From the NCBI GenBank assembly GCA_963667675.1, contig OY763929.1:719386-783385 (forward strand): 64,000 nt of DNA. The letters run 5' to 3'. The position numbers and the translations under genes were made by a program. The notes below the pieces were generated by a model. The model ran no database searches, had not been told where the DNA came from, and was given only the letters and a program-made list of their open reading frames with translations. Source of the stretch: Dehalococcoidia bacterium. Its GTDB lineage: Bacteria; Chloroflexota; Dehalococcoidia; Lucifugimonadales; UBA3495. Of this stretch, positions 18,900 through 28,606 are shown piece after piece; position 1 is the first letter of the stretch, and each line of letters opens with the position of its first letter.

Positions 18900-20555
18900 T
18901 TAGTCTGCTAGTAGCCTGATTGCCGTTTTCCTCGCCTCGTCCCAGGTGCCGACGATTTGGCTCGAGGGGACCCGCTTAAGGATGTCCAGCGCTTCCAGGC
19001 TGCGGGCGGGCATCCCCGTCAGTCCCATCACTATGCAATGGGTGTCCTCGGCTGCGGCGGTTTCCACGAGCCGCTCCACCACCAAGGCCGCGCTGTCGTC
19101 TATGTAGACTGTGTCCGAAAAGTCCATAATCACCACTTCATGCTCCTGGATGTCGGCCCCGATGGTGTCGATTAACTTGCTGGAGGATGCAACGGTGAAT
19201 GTCCCCTGGAGAGCCACCAGGCCGACCCTGGCCGAAAGCGGATCAGTCTCCTTCCCGTGTACCACCGAACCTAGGAAAGTCTGGTCCAGCAAGGGCGTGG
19301 AGATTACGCTGTCCATCTCCAGGCGCTCGAACTGCCGCGCGCTGGTCACCGCCGCGGCTATCATGCCCACTGCCACCGCGGCCACCAGGTCCAGGAACAC
19401 CGTCAGCCCAAGGGTCAGCAGCATCACCACCATGTGCTCCCGTTGAACGTGGTGAATGCGTGTCAGGAACCGCCAGTCTATTGTGTCTATGGCCACCTTC
19501 ACTAGGACGCCGGCCAGCACGGCGTTGGGTATTTTCGCCACGAAATCCCCCAGGGCCAGCACCATGACCGCCAATATGGCTACGGAAATCACCCCTGCAA
19601 CCATGGTGCTGGCGCCTGCCCGGATGTTGGCCACGGTGCTGGGAGTGGCCCCGGAGCCGGGCAGGCCCTGGATGAACCCGGTGAACACATTGCCTATGCC
19701 TTGGGCCAGCAGTTCTCTGCTGGGGTCGTGACGCGCCCGGGTCATCGAGTCCCCCACCAGCGCGGTTAGCAAGGTGTCTACCGAGCCCACGAGAGCGATG
19801 ATCATGGCTGGCTCGATGGACCGCACTAGTACGTTGGGAGAGAGTTCTGGCAGGTGAAAGGACGGCAGGTCCGTGGGCACCACGCCGATGGCCGGCGCGT
19901 CGGTGAGCCACAGCAGTCCTATCAGGGTCCCCACGGCCAGGGCGACCAAGGTCGAGGGCAGGTACTTGTCGATTTTTGTAGGCCAGAGCAGGGCTGCTGC
20001 CAGGGTCATCGCGGCGATGATCAAGGCGTTGGTCTCGAAGTGCTCGACCACGTCCGAAAAGTTGCGTATGGTGCCTATCGGCCCGCCGGCGGCGACGTCT
20101 GCCCCCAAAAAGGGCAGAATCTGCACCAGTATGATTATCACCCCTACCCCGGACATAAACCCGGATATGACCGAGTAGGGGGTGTAGGTAACGTAACGCC
20201 CGATTTTCAGCAGGCCGAATAGCAATTGGATTAGCCCGGCCATGATGACGATGGTAAATGCTTCGGCTATGTTTTCCGGGTTGCTGGCGGCGACAATTAC
20301 CGCCATAGCTACCGTCATCGAACCGGTAGGACCCGAAATAAGAGCGCGGGTGCCGCCGAACACCGCGGCAAAGAACCCCACGGAGATTGCGCCGTACATT
20401 CCCGCTGCCGGCCCTTCCTCCGCGCCGAAGACTGCCAGGCCGAAAGCCAGCGCCACCGGCAGGCTCACCACCGCCGCCGTTATGCCGCCGAGAACGTCCC
20501 CGCGCAGGGTTTGCAGGTTGTATTCCAGTTCCGAAAGAGAGAAGCGGCTCAGCAA
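18900..20555 (-). CDS. SulP family inorganic anion transporter with a C-terminal STAS domain
   Basis: 551 aa. The N-terminal region LRGDVLGGITAAVVSLPVALAFG and the polytopic core are followed by a STAS-like tail (VVIMDFSDTVYIDDSAALVVERLV). Confidence 0.9.
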   Translation of the reverse strand: MLSRFSLSELEYNLQTLRGDVLGGITAAVVSLPVALAFGLAVFGAEEGPAAGMYGAISVGFFAAVFGGTRALISGPTGSMTVAMAVIVAASNPENIAEAFTIVIMAGLIQLLFGLLKIGRYVTYTPYSVISGFMSGVGVIIILVQILPFLGADVAAGGPIGTIRNFSDVVEHFETNALIIAAMTLAAALLWPTKIDKYLPSTLVALAVGTLIGLLWLTDAPAIGVVPTDLPSFHLPELSPNVLVRSIEPAMIIALVGSVDTLLTALVGDSMTRARHDPSRELLAQGIGNVFTGFIQGLPGSGATPSTVANIRAGASTMVAGVISVAILAVMVLALGDFVAKIPNAVLAGVLVKVAIDTIDWRFLTRIHHVQREHMVVMLLTLGLTVFLDLVAAVAVGMIAAAVTSARQFERLEMDSVISTPLLDQTFLGSVVHGKETDPLSARVGLVALQGTFTVASSSKLIDTIGADIQEHEVVIMDFSDTVYIDDSAALVVERLVETAAAEDTHCIVMGLTGMPARSLEALDILKRVPSSQIVGTWDEARKTAIRLLAD

Positions 20556-21031
20556 ATAAGACTCCGCTGTTGGTATCGGCTGCTCTTACCGAAGAACATG
20601 TCCCTATGGAGCGACTAACGAAAGCCGTCGGCCTGCGGTCCGCTCCAAACCGGCGCGTCGCTCACCCGGGAAAGCCCAAGGCTTTCTTCGACAACTTACG
20701 GGGGCCATTGTATCCCTTGCAGGCCCTTGTGTAACCGTCACCGCCCACCAAGCCGGAACCTGCCTAACCGTCATTACGACCCTCAAGCCGGAACCTGCAC
20801 ATCTACAATTCCGGCCTCCGAGCCGGAATCCAGGGTGGGGCGCCAAGCCCGAAAGAGCCATCCCCATCCCTCCAAGTCGAGGCCCTTTGGGCAACTGTTC
20901 AAAGGTCTCCGCTTGCAAGAGGAATAGCGCCTGTTGTAGGGGAATTGATTCCCCGTCTCAGGACCCATCCACAACCCATGAGGAGATGGGGAAATGTGGA
21001 CCTCGCCCCAGTATGCGGCGCACGATGGCGA

Positions 21032-21102
21032 TGGTGGGCCCGGATAGACTCGAACTATCGACCTCGGTCTTATCAGGACCGCGCTCTAACCACCTGAGCT
21101 AC
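21032..21102 (-). repeat. 71-nt 3' fragment of tRNA-Ile(GAU), a perfect direct repeat of 22256-22326
   Basis: Identical to the 3' 71 nt of the intact tRNA (including the encoded CCA). The 5' acceptor strand is replaced by unrelated sequence (GTCCCAA instead of GGGCCCG), so it cannot fold as a tRNA. Confidence 0.85.
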
Positions 21103-21215
21103 TTGGGACGAAGACGCAACCTAACCCCATGCAAGTTGGTGGGGCGTTTGTAGTACGGCATCCCGCTGAGTTTTTGCTTGCGAGGTTAGAGGTTATTAGC
21201 CGCGCAGTCAAGTGG

Positions 21216-22127
21216 TCAGTACCAGTCGTAGGGGGTGCCGGGGCGCTGGGCCCAGGTGGAACGGCCCAAGTCCCGCATCGCCGGTCCGAGCGCTGACATC
21301 AAACGAGTCCACTCCTCTGTGTTGGTGTTCCGCCACATTCCGTGACCGGGAAACACCCAATCCACCGGCAGCGCGGCGATCCTGTCCATGGTGGCGGCCA
21401 ACTCCGTCCAAGAGTGGAACGTCTGGTTAGGAGTCACGTCGAACTCTCCCCGCCGTTGATTCCAAAGCAGAGTGTCACCAGTGAACAAGCACCTGTCATC
21501 GACGTGATACAGAACGTGCCCCCGAGTATGTCCCGGGGCGGGGATGCCGCTAACGCCAGGCGATATGAGAACTGTAGTGGCGCCGTCCAGCCAATCAGTC
21601 GCGTATGGCGCGGCGTCCGCGTCGGCCTCGCCTATCCACACTCTGGCTCCATACCACGCCGCCCACCGGTCGGCGTCGGCCACGTCGTCCCGGTGGCTCA
21701 ACAGCACGTGGGCAATACCCCCCAGCCGACTAATGCTGGCAGCCAGTGCTCTGCTGAACCGGGGAGAATCGACCATCAGGTTGCCCTCCGGTCGCAATAC
21801 GAGGTATGAGTGGCAGCCGAAGGAAGATAGAGCGTTGTTACCCAGGGCCAAGACCCCATCGGTCATCCGATGTGGAAATACCCCTTCCGGCTCCTTGGGC
21901 TGTTCCCGATTGCCTATCGACTTGGTCGGGCAAGCTCCTGCAGCGCGCCACAGTGCAGCTTCCTGATCCTCTCCCACGGGCTGGCGAGCGACAAAGGAGC
22001 GCCCTGCGTCATCCATCTCAATCAGGCCTGGTGCCCAGTGCCGGGCAGCGTCGCACCTCACACAGCGGGTGTCTACGTACCAGGGGCCAGCGGCATCGCG
22101 GACATTGGCTTGGTCTGATCTCGGCAT
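21216..22127 (-). CDS. ferredoxin-like N-terminal domain fused to an MBL-fold metallo-hydrolase
   Basis: N-terminus is YVDTRCVRCDAARHWAP...AAGACPTKSI (Cys cluster). The MBL core has LLSHRDDVAD, GHTRGH and PGHG. Confidence 0.7.
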   Translation of the reverse strand: MPRSDQANVRDAAGPWYVDTRCVRCDAARHWAPGLIEMDDAGRSFVARQPVGEDQEAALWRAAGACPTKSIGNREQPKEPEGVFPHRMTDGVLALGNNALSSFGCHSYLVLRPEGNLMVDSPRFSRALAASISRLGGIAHVLLSHRDDVADADRWAAWYGARVWIGEADADAAPYATDWLDGATTVLISPGVSGIPAPGHTRGHVLYHVDDRCLFTGDTLLWNQRRGEFDVTPNQTFHSWTELAATMDRIAALPVDWVFPGHGMWRNTNTEEWTRLMSALGPAMRDLGRSTWAQRPGTPYDWY

Positions 22128-22255
22128 TGGTGCGACCCTCCAAGTTATCTATACCGAGTCTATCATGCAGATCTCGTGTCGCACCAAGCGCTGGAAACTC
22201 GTCACTATAGCGTCGTTGAAAACTTTGACGTGAAGGTTCTTGACTCTATCAAGTT

Positions 22256-22332
22256 TGGTGGGCCCGGATAGACTCGAACTATCGACCTCGGTCTTATCAG
22301 GACCGCGCTCTAACCACCTGAGCTACGGGCCC
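22256..22332 (-). tRNA. tRNA-Ile (anticodon GAU), CCA encoded
   Basis: The reverse strand reads GGGCCCGTAGCTCAGGTGGTTAGAGCGCGGTCCTGATAAGACCGAGGTCGATAGTTCGAGTCTATCCGGGCCCACCA. It has a full cloverleaf and the anticodon loop CTGATAA. Confidence 0.9.
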
Positions 22333-22964
22333 ACGCTGTTGACCACGAGATTATATCAACGCCCCCCAACCCCCACAAGTCGGATGGGACCCCAGCCTCC
22401 AACGCGTCATTCCGAGCGAAGCCGAGGAATCTAGAACTCTCAATCGGTAGCCACCGTAGCTGTTGGGGGTTACCCACTACCCTCCCCTCCGTCCGCTGTG
22501 ACAAGAAATACCAAGCCGGCAATCTCCCGCCCGGCCCAAACCGTGTAGGGGCGAAAAATCTTTCGCCCTGCCCGTCCCCACCCAAGTCCTGCCTTCCCCT
22601 GCCTCCCCCAAAATTACTGACAACTTGCCCCTTGCCTACTCCCCTGGCTGCCTATACCCTGTTGTCAGGCAGAGCAACCCCGCCGCGGCTGGTGGTGCGC
22701 CCAAATGGGACTCACTGGGACGACGCTGAAATTTCGGCCCCAGGCCCGTGGCTCTAAATGGCTCAGAATGTCTCTACAAAAAATAGTCCCGCAGGCGTCA
22801 CTGCCGGTATTCCAGCTTCCAAAGCTCATGACGGAATGGCCGCTTTTCTCATTGGGCATAGGCGCTTATTCCCGCCGCCTACCTGCAATTGACAAAGCCA
22901 ACCGTCAACTGTTACGATTGCAAGGTTAAAAATTTCACTATATCCGCTACGAAAGGGAGTAGTA

Positions 22965-23204
22965 GGAGCGCTCCGTCCCAGAGAGCCGGCGGTTGGTGCA
23001 AGCCGGTGACGGAAAGGCCCCGAACTCGCCCCCGAGCGGCCCGCCTGAACCAACCAGTAGGGCGCGGCGGTGGACACCGTTAAACGTCACCAAGCCGTTC
23101 CGGCAACATAACCCTCGGCCATGAGCCGGCAGACAAGTTACCGGAAAAGAGGGGTGGTACCGCGGGAACCATAAGCCCGTCCCTTCGAGGGGACGGGTTT
23201 TTTG
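22965..23204 (+). promoter_or_regulatory. T-box riboswitch leader (candidate Leu specifier CUC) with intrinsic terminator
   Basis: Stem I elements AGTAGTAGGAG, AGAGAG and GGTGCAA. Specifier context GAA-CTC-G at 23022-23028. T-box sequence GGGTGGTACCGCGGGA at 23152-23167. Terminator CCCGTCCCT/GGGGACGGG plus T6 at 23176-23203. Confidence 0.8.
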
Positions 23205-23226
23205 TATTCCTGAATACGGAGTCGAC

Positions 23227-24921
23227 ATGGAGATTACCGGCGCAGAAATCGTATGTGAAAGCCTCCTCAAAGAGGGCGTAGACGTGATGTTCGGCCTTCC
23301 CGGAGGGGCGGTCTTGCCCCTCTATGGCGTCTTGTCCGGCTACCCCGGCATTCGTCACGTCTTGGTCAGGCACGAGCAGGCCGCCGTCATGGCCGCCGAC
23401 GGCTATGCCCGCGCCACCGGCAGGGTGGGAGTATGCACCGCCACCTCCGGCCCCGGCGCCACCAACCTGGTTACCGGCATCGCCGGCGCCATGATGGACT
23501 CCATTCCGGTGGTGATCATCACCGGACAGGTGCCCCGGGCTGCCATCGGCCGCGACGCCTTCCAGGAGACCGATGTCACCGGCATAACCTTGCCCATCAC
23601 CAAGCACAGCTACCTGGTGATGCATGCTTCAGACATCGCTCCGGCCATCAAAGAAGCCTTCTACATCGCCCGCACCGGCAGGCCCGGGCCGGTCTTGGTG
23701 GACATACCCAAGGACGTGCTGTTGGACGAGCGCGCCGAATTCGTCTGGCCGGACACTGTCAACCTGCCCGGCTACAATCCCCCCGGAGAGGCCGACCCCG
23801 GGCGAATCGCCAAGGCCGCCGAGTTGATTAACCAGGCCGAGCGCCCGGTGATATTCGCCGGCCATGGTGTCCTCATATCTCACGCCTATGAAGAGCTGGC
23901 CCAGCTCGCCGAGAAGGCCCAGATTCCGGTGGCCCCCACCCTGCTGGGCATCGGTTCATTCCCCACCGACCACTACCTGAACATGGGAATGTCCGGCATG
24001 CACGGCTGGGCCCACTCCAGCCTTGCCATCGACGAAGCCGACCTGCTCATTTCCCTGGGCATGAGGTTCGACGACCGGATTACCGGCCGGCTCAAGGACT
24101 TCGCCCCCAACGCCAAGATAGTCCATGTCGACGTCGACCCTTCCGAAATAGACAAGAACGTCAGGGCCACCGCCCCCGTTGTCGGCAACGTCAAGCAGGT
24201 TCTCCGGCAGTTGCTCCCGTTGGTCGAGTCCAACGTCCACATGGACTGGCTGCGGCGCGTCGACGCCCTCCGCAGCGAGCATCCGCCCATGTTGATTCGG
24301 CAGACCGACGGCCTGCTGCCCCAGTACGTGCTCAGGTCCCTCACCGAGGCCACCCAGGGACGGGCCATCATCGTCACCGGCGTCGGTCAGCACCAGATGT
24401 GGGCCGCCCAGTTCTGCGCCTTTGCCGAGCCGAACACGTTGATTACCTCCGGCGGCCTGGGATCCATGGGCTACGAGGTCCCAGGCGCTCTCGGCGCCAA
24501 GATGGGCCGCCCCGACAAGACCGTCTGGTCCATCGCCGGTGACGGCGGCTTCCAGATGACCATGTGCGACCTCGCCACGGCCGTCGAGAACAACATCGAC
24601 GTCAAGTTCGCCATCTTCAACAACGGCAGCCTGGGCATGGTCCACCAGTGGCAGGACCTCTTCTACGACAAGGACTATTTCGCCACCGTCTACTCCGGCA
24701 ACCCCGACTTCGTCAAGCTGGCCGAAGCCTACGGCATCCCCGGCGTCAGGGTCACCGCCAAGGAACAGGTGGCCGGCGCCATCCAGCAAGCCATGGAGAC
24801 CCCGGGACCAGCGGTCATCGACTTCGTGGTCGTCCCGGAGGAGAATGTCTATCCCATGATCCCGGCCGGGGAATCGGTTAAGGAAATGATGGAAGAGCCC
24901 ATCCCCGAGAGCATCGAATAG
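23227..24921 (+). CDS. ilvB: acetolactate synthase large subunit
   Basis: 564 aa. MEITGAEIVCESLLKEGVDVMFGLPGG and the ThDP motif GGLGSMGYEVPGALGA...IAGDGGFQM.... Confidence 0.95.
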   Translation: MEITGAEIVCESLLKEGVDVMFGLPGGAVLPLYGVLSGYPGIRHVLVRHEQAAVMAADGYARATGRVGVCTATSGPGATNLVTGIAGAMMDSIPVVIITGQVPRAAIGRDAFQETDVTGITLPITKHSYLVMHASDIAPAIKEAFYIARTGRPGPVLVDIPKDVLLDERAEFVWPDTVNLPGYNPPGEADPGRIAKAAELINQAERPVIFAGHGVLISHAYEELAQLAEKAQIPVAPTLLGIGSFPTDHYLNMGMSGMHGWAHSSLAIDEADLLISLGMRFDDRITGRLKDFAPNAKIVHVDVDPSEIDKNVRATAPVVGNVKQVLRQLLPLVESNVHMDWLRRVDALRSEHPPMLIRQTDGLLPQYVLRSLTEATQGRAIIVTGVGQHQMWAAQFCAFAEPNTLITSGGLGSMGYEVPGALGAKMGRPDKTVWSIAGDGGFQMTMCDLATAVENNIDVKFAIFNNGSLGMVHQWQDLFYDKDYFATVYSGNPDFVKLAEAYGIPGVRVTAKEQVAGAIQQAMETPGPAVIDFVVVPEENVYPMIPAGESVKEMMEEPIPESIE

Positions 24922-24969
24922 GACCCTGCATAGAGTCCTGCATAGAGTCCTGAATAGAGTATTGAACAG

Positions 24970-25536
24970 ATGAACCCCAGCGAACAGCACCACACTTTAG
25001 TGGCCCTGGTGGAGGACCGCCCCGGCGTCCTCACCCGGATAGCCAGCATGTTCCGCCGCCGCGGCTTCAACATCGCCAGCCTCGCTGTTGGAAAGAGTGA
25101 GCAGCCCGGCCTTTCCCGCATGACCTTCGTCGTCACCGGCGACGAGGATACCGTCTCCCAGGTTACCAAGCAGCTCGACAAGCTCATCGAGGTAATCCGG
25201 GTGTCCAACATCAGCAGCGAAGAAATGGTCGCCAGGGAACTGGCCCTGGTCAAGGTCAAGGCCACCGCCGAATCCCGGGCTGAAATCATCCAGATAGTCA
25301 ACCTGTTCCGCGCTGGCATAGTCGACGTGGGCGCACAGTCCATGGTCATAGAGGTCACCGGAGAGGAAGACAAGATCAGCGCCTTGCACGACCTTCTGGA
25401 GCCCTTCGGAATCGTCGAGATGCTCCGCACCGGCGTGGTGGCCATGGTCCGGGGACAGTCCAACGGCCGCGGCAACGACGACGTAGGTTCAGTCGCGCAT
25501 CTCAACCAACTCAAAACTATCGGGGAAAAGCGTTAG
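24970..25536 (+). CDS. ilvN: acetolactate synthase small (regulatory, ACT) subunit
   Basis: [34 protein letters not shown] is the typical IlvN ACT domain. Confidence 0.9.
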   Translation: MNPSEQHHTLVALVEDRPGVLTRIASMFRRRGFNIASLAVGKSEQPGLSRMTFVVTGDEDTVSQVTKQLDKLIEVIRVSNISSEEMVARELALVKVKATAESRAEIIQIVNLFRAGIVDVGAQSMVIEVTGEEDKISALHDLLEPFGIVEMLRTGVVAMVRGQSNGRGNDDVGSVAHLNQLKTIGEKR

Positions 25537-25540
25537 CAAT

Positions 25541-26536
25541 ATGGTAAATGTGTATTACGACAGCGACGTAGACATGGGCGTCCTCGAAGGCAAGACAATA
25601 GCCGTCATCGGCTACGGCAGCCAGGGACACGCCCACTCCCTCAACCTCAAGGACAACGGCCTCGACGTGATCGTCGGCCTCTACCAGGGCAGCCGCAGCC
25701 GCGCCGCGGCCGAGGAAGCCGGGCTCAAAGTTGCCGACGTGGCCCAGGCCGCCGCCGCCGCCGACGTGGTGATGGTGGTGATTCCCGACCACGTCCAGGG
25801 CCGCACCTACCGGGACGAGATAGAACCCAACCTCCAGTCGGGCAACGCCCTCATGGTCGCCCACGGCTTCAGCATCCACTACCGGGAAATAGTCCCCCCG
25901 GACAACGTGGACGTGATGATGGTTGCCCCCAAGGCCCCCGGCCACCGCATGCGGGAGCTGTTCGTCGACGGCATCGGCGTCCCCTCCCTCGTCGCCGTGC
26001 ACCAGGACGCCACCGGCAACGCCAAGCAGGTGGCCTTGGCCTACGCCAAGGGCATCGGCTGTACCGGCGCCGGCGTGCTGGAGACCACCATCAAGGACGA
26101 GACCGAAAGCGACCTGTTCGGCGAGCAGTCCATCCTCTGCGGCGGGGTCACCGCCTTGGTCAACGCCGCCTTCGAGACCCTGGTCGAAGCCGGCTATCCC
26201 AGGGAGATCGCCTACTTCGAGTGCCTCCACGAGCTCAAGATGATTGTCGACCTGATGTACCAGGGCGGCCACAACTACATGCACTACTCCGTCAGCGACA
26301 CCGCCGAGTACGGCTCCCTCAGCCGCCGCGACCGCATCATTGACGAGCACGTTCGCGAGAACATGCGGGCCGTCTTGAAGGAAATCCAGGACGGCACCTT
26401 CGCCCGTGAGTGGATAGCCGAGAACGACGAGGGCCGCCCCCGCTTCGCGCCCATGCGTGAAGCCGCCCAGACCGCTCCCATCGAGTCCGTCGGCAAACAG
26501 CTCCGGGCCATGATGCCCTGGCTGGACCCCAAATAG
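25541..26536 (+). CDS. ilvC: ketol-acid reductoisomerase
   Basis: [23 protein letters not shown]... and the class I KARI length (331 aa). Confidence 0.95.
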   Translation: MVNVYYDSDVDMGVLEGKTIAVIGYGSQGHAHSLNLKDNGLDVIVGLYQGSRSRAAAEEAGLKVADVAQAAAAADVVMVVIPDHVQGRTYRDEIEPNLQSGNALMVAHGFSIHYREIVPPDNVDVMMVAPKAPGHRMRELFVDGIGVPSLVAVHQDATGNAKQVALAYAKGIGCTGAGVLETTIKDETESDLFGEQSILCGGVTALVNAAFETLVEAGYPREIAYFECLHELKMIVDLMYQGGHNYMHYSVSDTAEYGSLSRRDRIIDEHVRENMRAVLKEIQDGTFAREWIAENDEGRPRFAPMREAAQTAPIESVGKQLRAMMPWLDPK

Positions 26537-26792
26537 ATAACCGGTTCGCTTAAGAAAACAGCGGTTTAGAGGAACGAATACACATGACTCAGGAGACGTT
26601 GAGAGTAGTTCACCGTCGCACCACGGTCTTGGCAGGGCTGGGTGTGGTGGACTACGTGACCCTGCTGCATCCTTCCCGGGACCAATAGACCCAGGGGCCC
26701 TCGCCGGGAGACTCTTGTACCGTCATTCCGGCCCCCGAGCCGGAATCTGGGTGGGGCCCAAGAATCCAAGCAAATTAGGGAAGGGAATAGAA

Positions 26793-28352
26793 ATGGCTGA
26801 CAATAAAGTCCTCTTTTTGGACACCACTCTCCGGGATGGAGAACAGTCCGCTGGCATCGGCATGACCGGCGATGAGAAAATGGAAATCGCCCGCCAACTG
26901 CAAAAGATGCGGGTGGACATCATCGAGGCCGGCTTCGCCGCCAGTTCCCCCGGCGACTTCGAGGCCGTCTCCAACATCGCAAGAGAAGTCCAGGGGCCCA
27001 TCATCGCCTCCCTGGCCCGCGCCGTGCCCAACGACGTCGACCAGGCTTGGCAGGCGGTGAAGCACGCCGAAAAGCCCCGCATCCACGTCTTCCTCTCCTC
27101 CTCCGAGATTCACCAGCTGCACCAGTTGCGCAAGAACCGGGAGGAGGTCATGGACATGGCCGTGGCCATGGTCGAACGGGCCAGGAGCTATTGCCCCGAC
27201 GTGGAATTCTCACCCATGGACGCCACCCGCACCAACCCCGATTACCTGTTCCACATGCTGGAAGAGGTAATCCGGGCCGGCGCCACCACCATCAACATCG
27301 CCGACACCGTGGGCTACGCCATACCCTCCGACTTTGCCGGCCTGCTCCGGCAAATCAAGGCCAACGTGCGCGGCATGGACAAGGTGAACCTCAGCGTTCA
27401 TTGCCACAACGACCTGGGCTTGGCCGTTTCCAACAGCCTTGCGGCAATCGAGGCCGGCGCAACCCAGGTCGAGGGCTGCATCAACGGCATCGGCGAACGG
27501 GCCGGCAACGCCTCATTGGAAGAGATAATCATGGCCGTGGACACCCGCAAAGACCTCTTCCAGGCCGATATCGGCATCGACACCACCCAGATTTATCCGT
27601 CCAGCCGCCTGGTCAGCCGCATTACCGGCATGTCCGTCCAGGCCAACAAGGCTGTGGTCGGAGAAAACGCCTTCCGCCACGCCTCCGGCATTCACCAGGA
27701 CGGGGTGCTGAAAGACCGCTCCACCTACGAGGTGATGCAGCCGGAGCGGGTGGGTGTGCCCGGCAGTTCTCTCGTCTTGGGCAAGCTCAGCGGCCGCGCC
27801 GGCTTGCAGGCCCGCTTGGAGTCCCTGGGCTACCAGCTCTCCCGCGAGGAAATATCCAACGTCTTCGAGTCCTTCAAAGTCCTGGCCGACAAGAAGCGTG
27901 AGGTCACCGACCGCGACCTGGAAATTCTCATGGACGAGGAGAAGCGCATCTCCAGCGAGCCCGTGAGCTACACCCTCGACCAAGTGCAGTTCAGCGGCGG
28001 CGACCACGGAATCGCCACCGCCACCGTGCGGCTGTTCGATGCCGAGGGCGTGCCTACCACCGACGCCGCCACCGGCAACGGCCCGGTCAACGCCATCTGC
28101 AACGCCATCGACCGCGCCATCGGTGTGGTCAACAAGCTGGTCGACTTCAACGTGCAGGCGGCCACCGAAGGCCGCGACTCGCTGGGCACCGTCACCATCC
28201 GCATCGAAAACGCCGGCAAGACCTACACCGGCCGCGGCGCCGACACCGACATCGTAGTAGCCAGCGCCAAGGCTTACCTGAGCGCAGTCAACCGCCAGTT
28301 GGCCTCCGACGAGGCCTCCGCCATGCCCCAGGCCGGCGCCACCCCGGACTGA
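26793..28352 (+). CDS. leuA: 2-isopropylmalate synthase (LeuA/CimA family)
   Basis: MADNKVLFLDTTLRDGEQS..., HCHNDLGLAVSNSLAA, and a C-terminal LeuA-dimer regulatory domain. The start at ATG 26793 is preferred over the track start 26715, which lies in repeat DNA. LeuA and CimA cannot be separated by eye. Confidence 0.85.
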   Translation: MADNKVLFLDTTLRDGEQSAGIGMTGDEKMEIARQLQKMRVDIIEAGFAASSPGDFEAVSNIAREVQGPIIASLARAVPNDVDQAWQAVKHAEKPRIHVFLSSSEIHQLHQLRKNREEVMDMAVAMVERARSYCPDVEFSPMDATRTNPDYLFHMLEEVIRAGATTINIADTVGYAIPSDFAGLLRQIKANVRGMDKVNLSVHCHNDLGLAVSNSLAAIEAGATQVEGCINGIGERAGNASLEEIIMAVDTRKDLFQADIGIDTTQIYPSSRLVSRITGMSVQANKAVVGENAFRHASGIHQDGVLKDRSTYEVMQPERVGVPGSSLVLGKLSGRAGLQARLESLGYQLSREEISNVFESFKVLADKKREVTDRDLEILMDEEKRISSEPVSYTLDQVQFSGGDHGIATATVRLFDAEGVPTTDAATGNGPVNAICNAIDRAIGVVNKLVDFNVQAATEGRDSLGTVTIRIENAGKTYTGRGADTDIVVASAKAYLSAVNRQLASDEASAMPQAGATPD

Positions 28353-28361
28353 GTAACTACG

Positions 28362-28396
28362 CTGCCCCCGGAGGTCTACGCCGCCTCCGGGGGCAG
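28362..28396 (+). terminator. 13-bp GC-rich hairpin just after leuA
   Basis: CTGCCCCCGGAGG, a 9-nt loop, then CCTCCGGGGGCAG. No U-tract. Confidence 0.45.
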
Positions 28397-28438
28397 CCGG
28401 CTCGCTCGCTAAGACCATAGCATCCCATGGGGCCGGGG

Positions 28439-28585
28439 CCCGTTCGTCCTGAGGCTCTCGAAGGGGGAACGGGTGTGGGGGGAGCCGCTCTCGCCCTTGC
28501 CAAGTGGGATATCCAGGATGGGTCTAGTGGTGAGCCCTGAGCCCCGGCTGTCCGTTCGTCCTGAGGGAAATCGAAGGGCGAACGG
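28439..28585. repeat. two copies of the dispersed palindromic element CCGTTCG-YCCTGAGG...TCGAAGGG-GAACGG
   Basis: Copies at 28439-28472 and 28552-28585. Related copies lie at 29699-29731, 48108-48142 and 49294-49324, and in inverted orientation at 51796-51825 and 56635-56655. Confidence 0.7.
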
Positions 28586-28606
28586 GCCCGCCCCGAAACG
28601 AAAACC

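Noticed and set aside
20604-21153. ORFs of 60-115 aa overlapping the tRNA-Ile fragment and the repeat DNA between the SulP gene and the MBL gene.
   Set aside because: They are composed of dispersed repeat units and tRNA-derived sequence. They lack RBS and motifs.
23956-28418. Long minus-strand ORFs (23956-24993, 25517-26350, 27513-28418) and the +2-frame ORF 27047-27901 across ilvB, ilvC and leuA.
   Set aside because: They overlap unambiguous ilv/leu genes. Their G/A/R/P/H-rich translations have no motifs, so they are GC-driven shadow frames.
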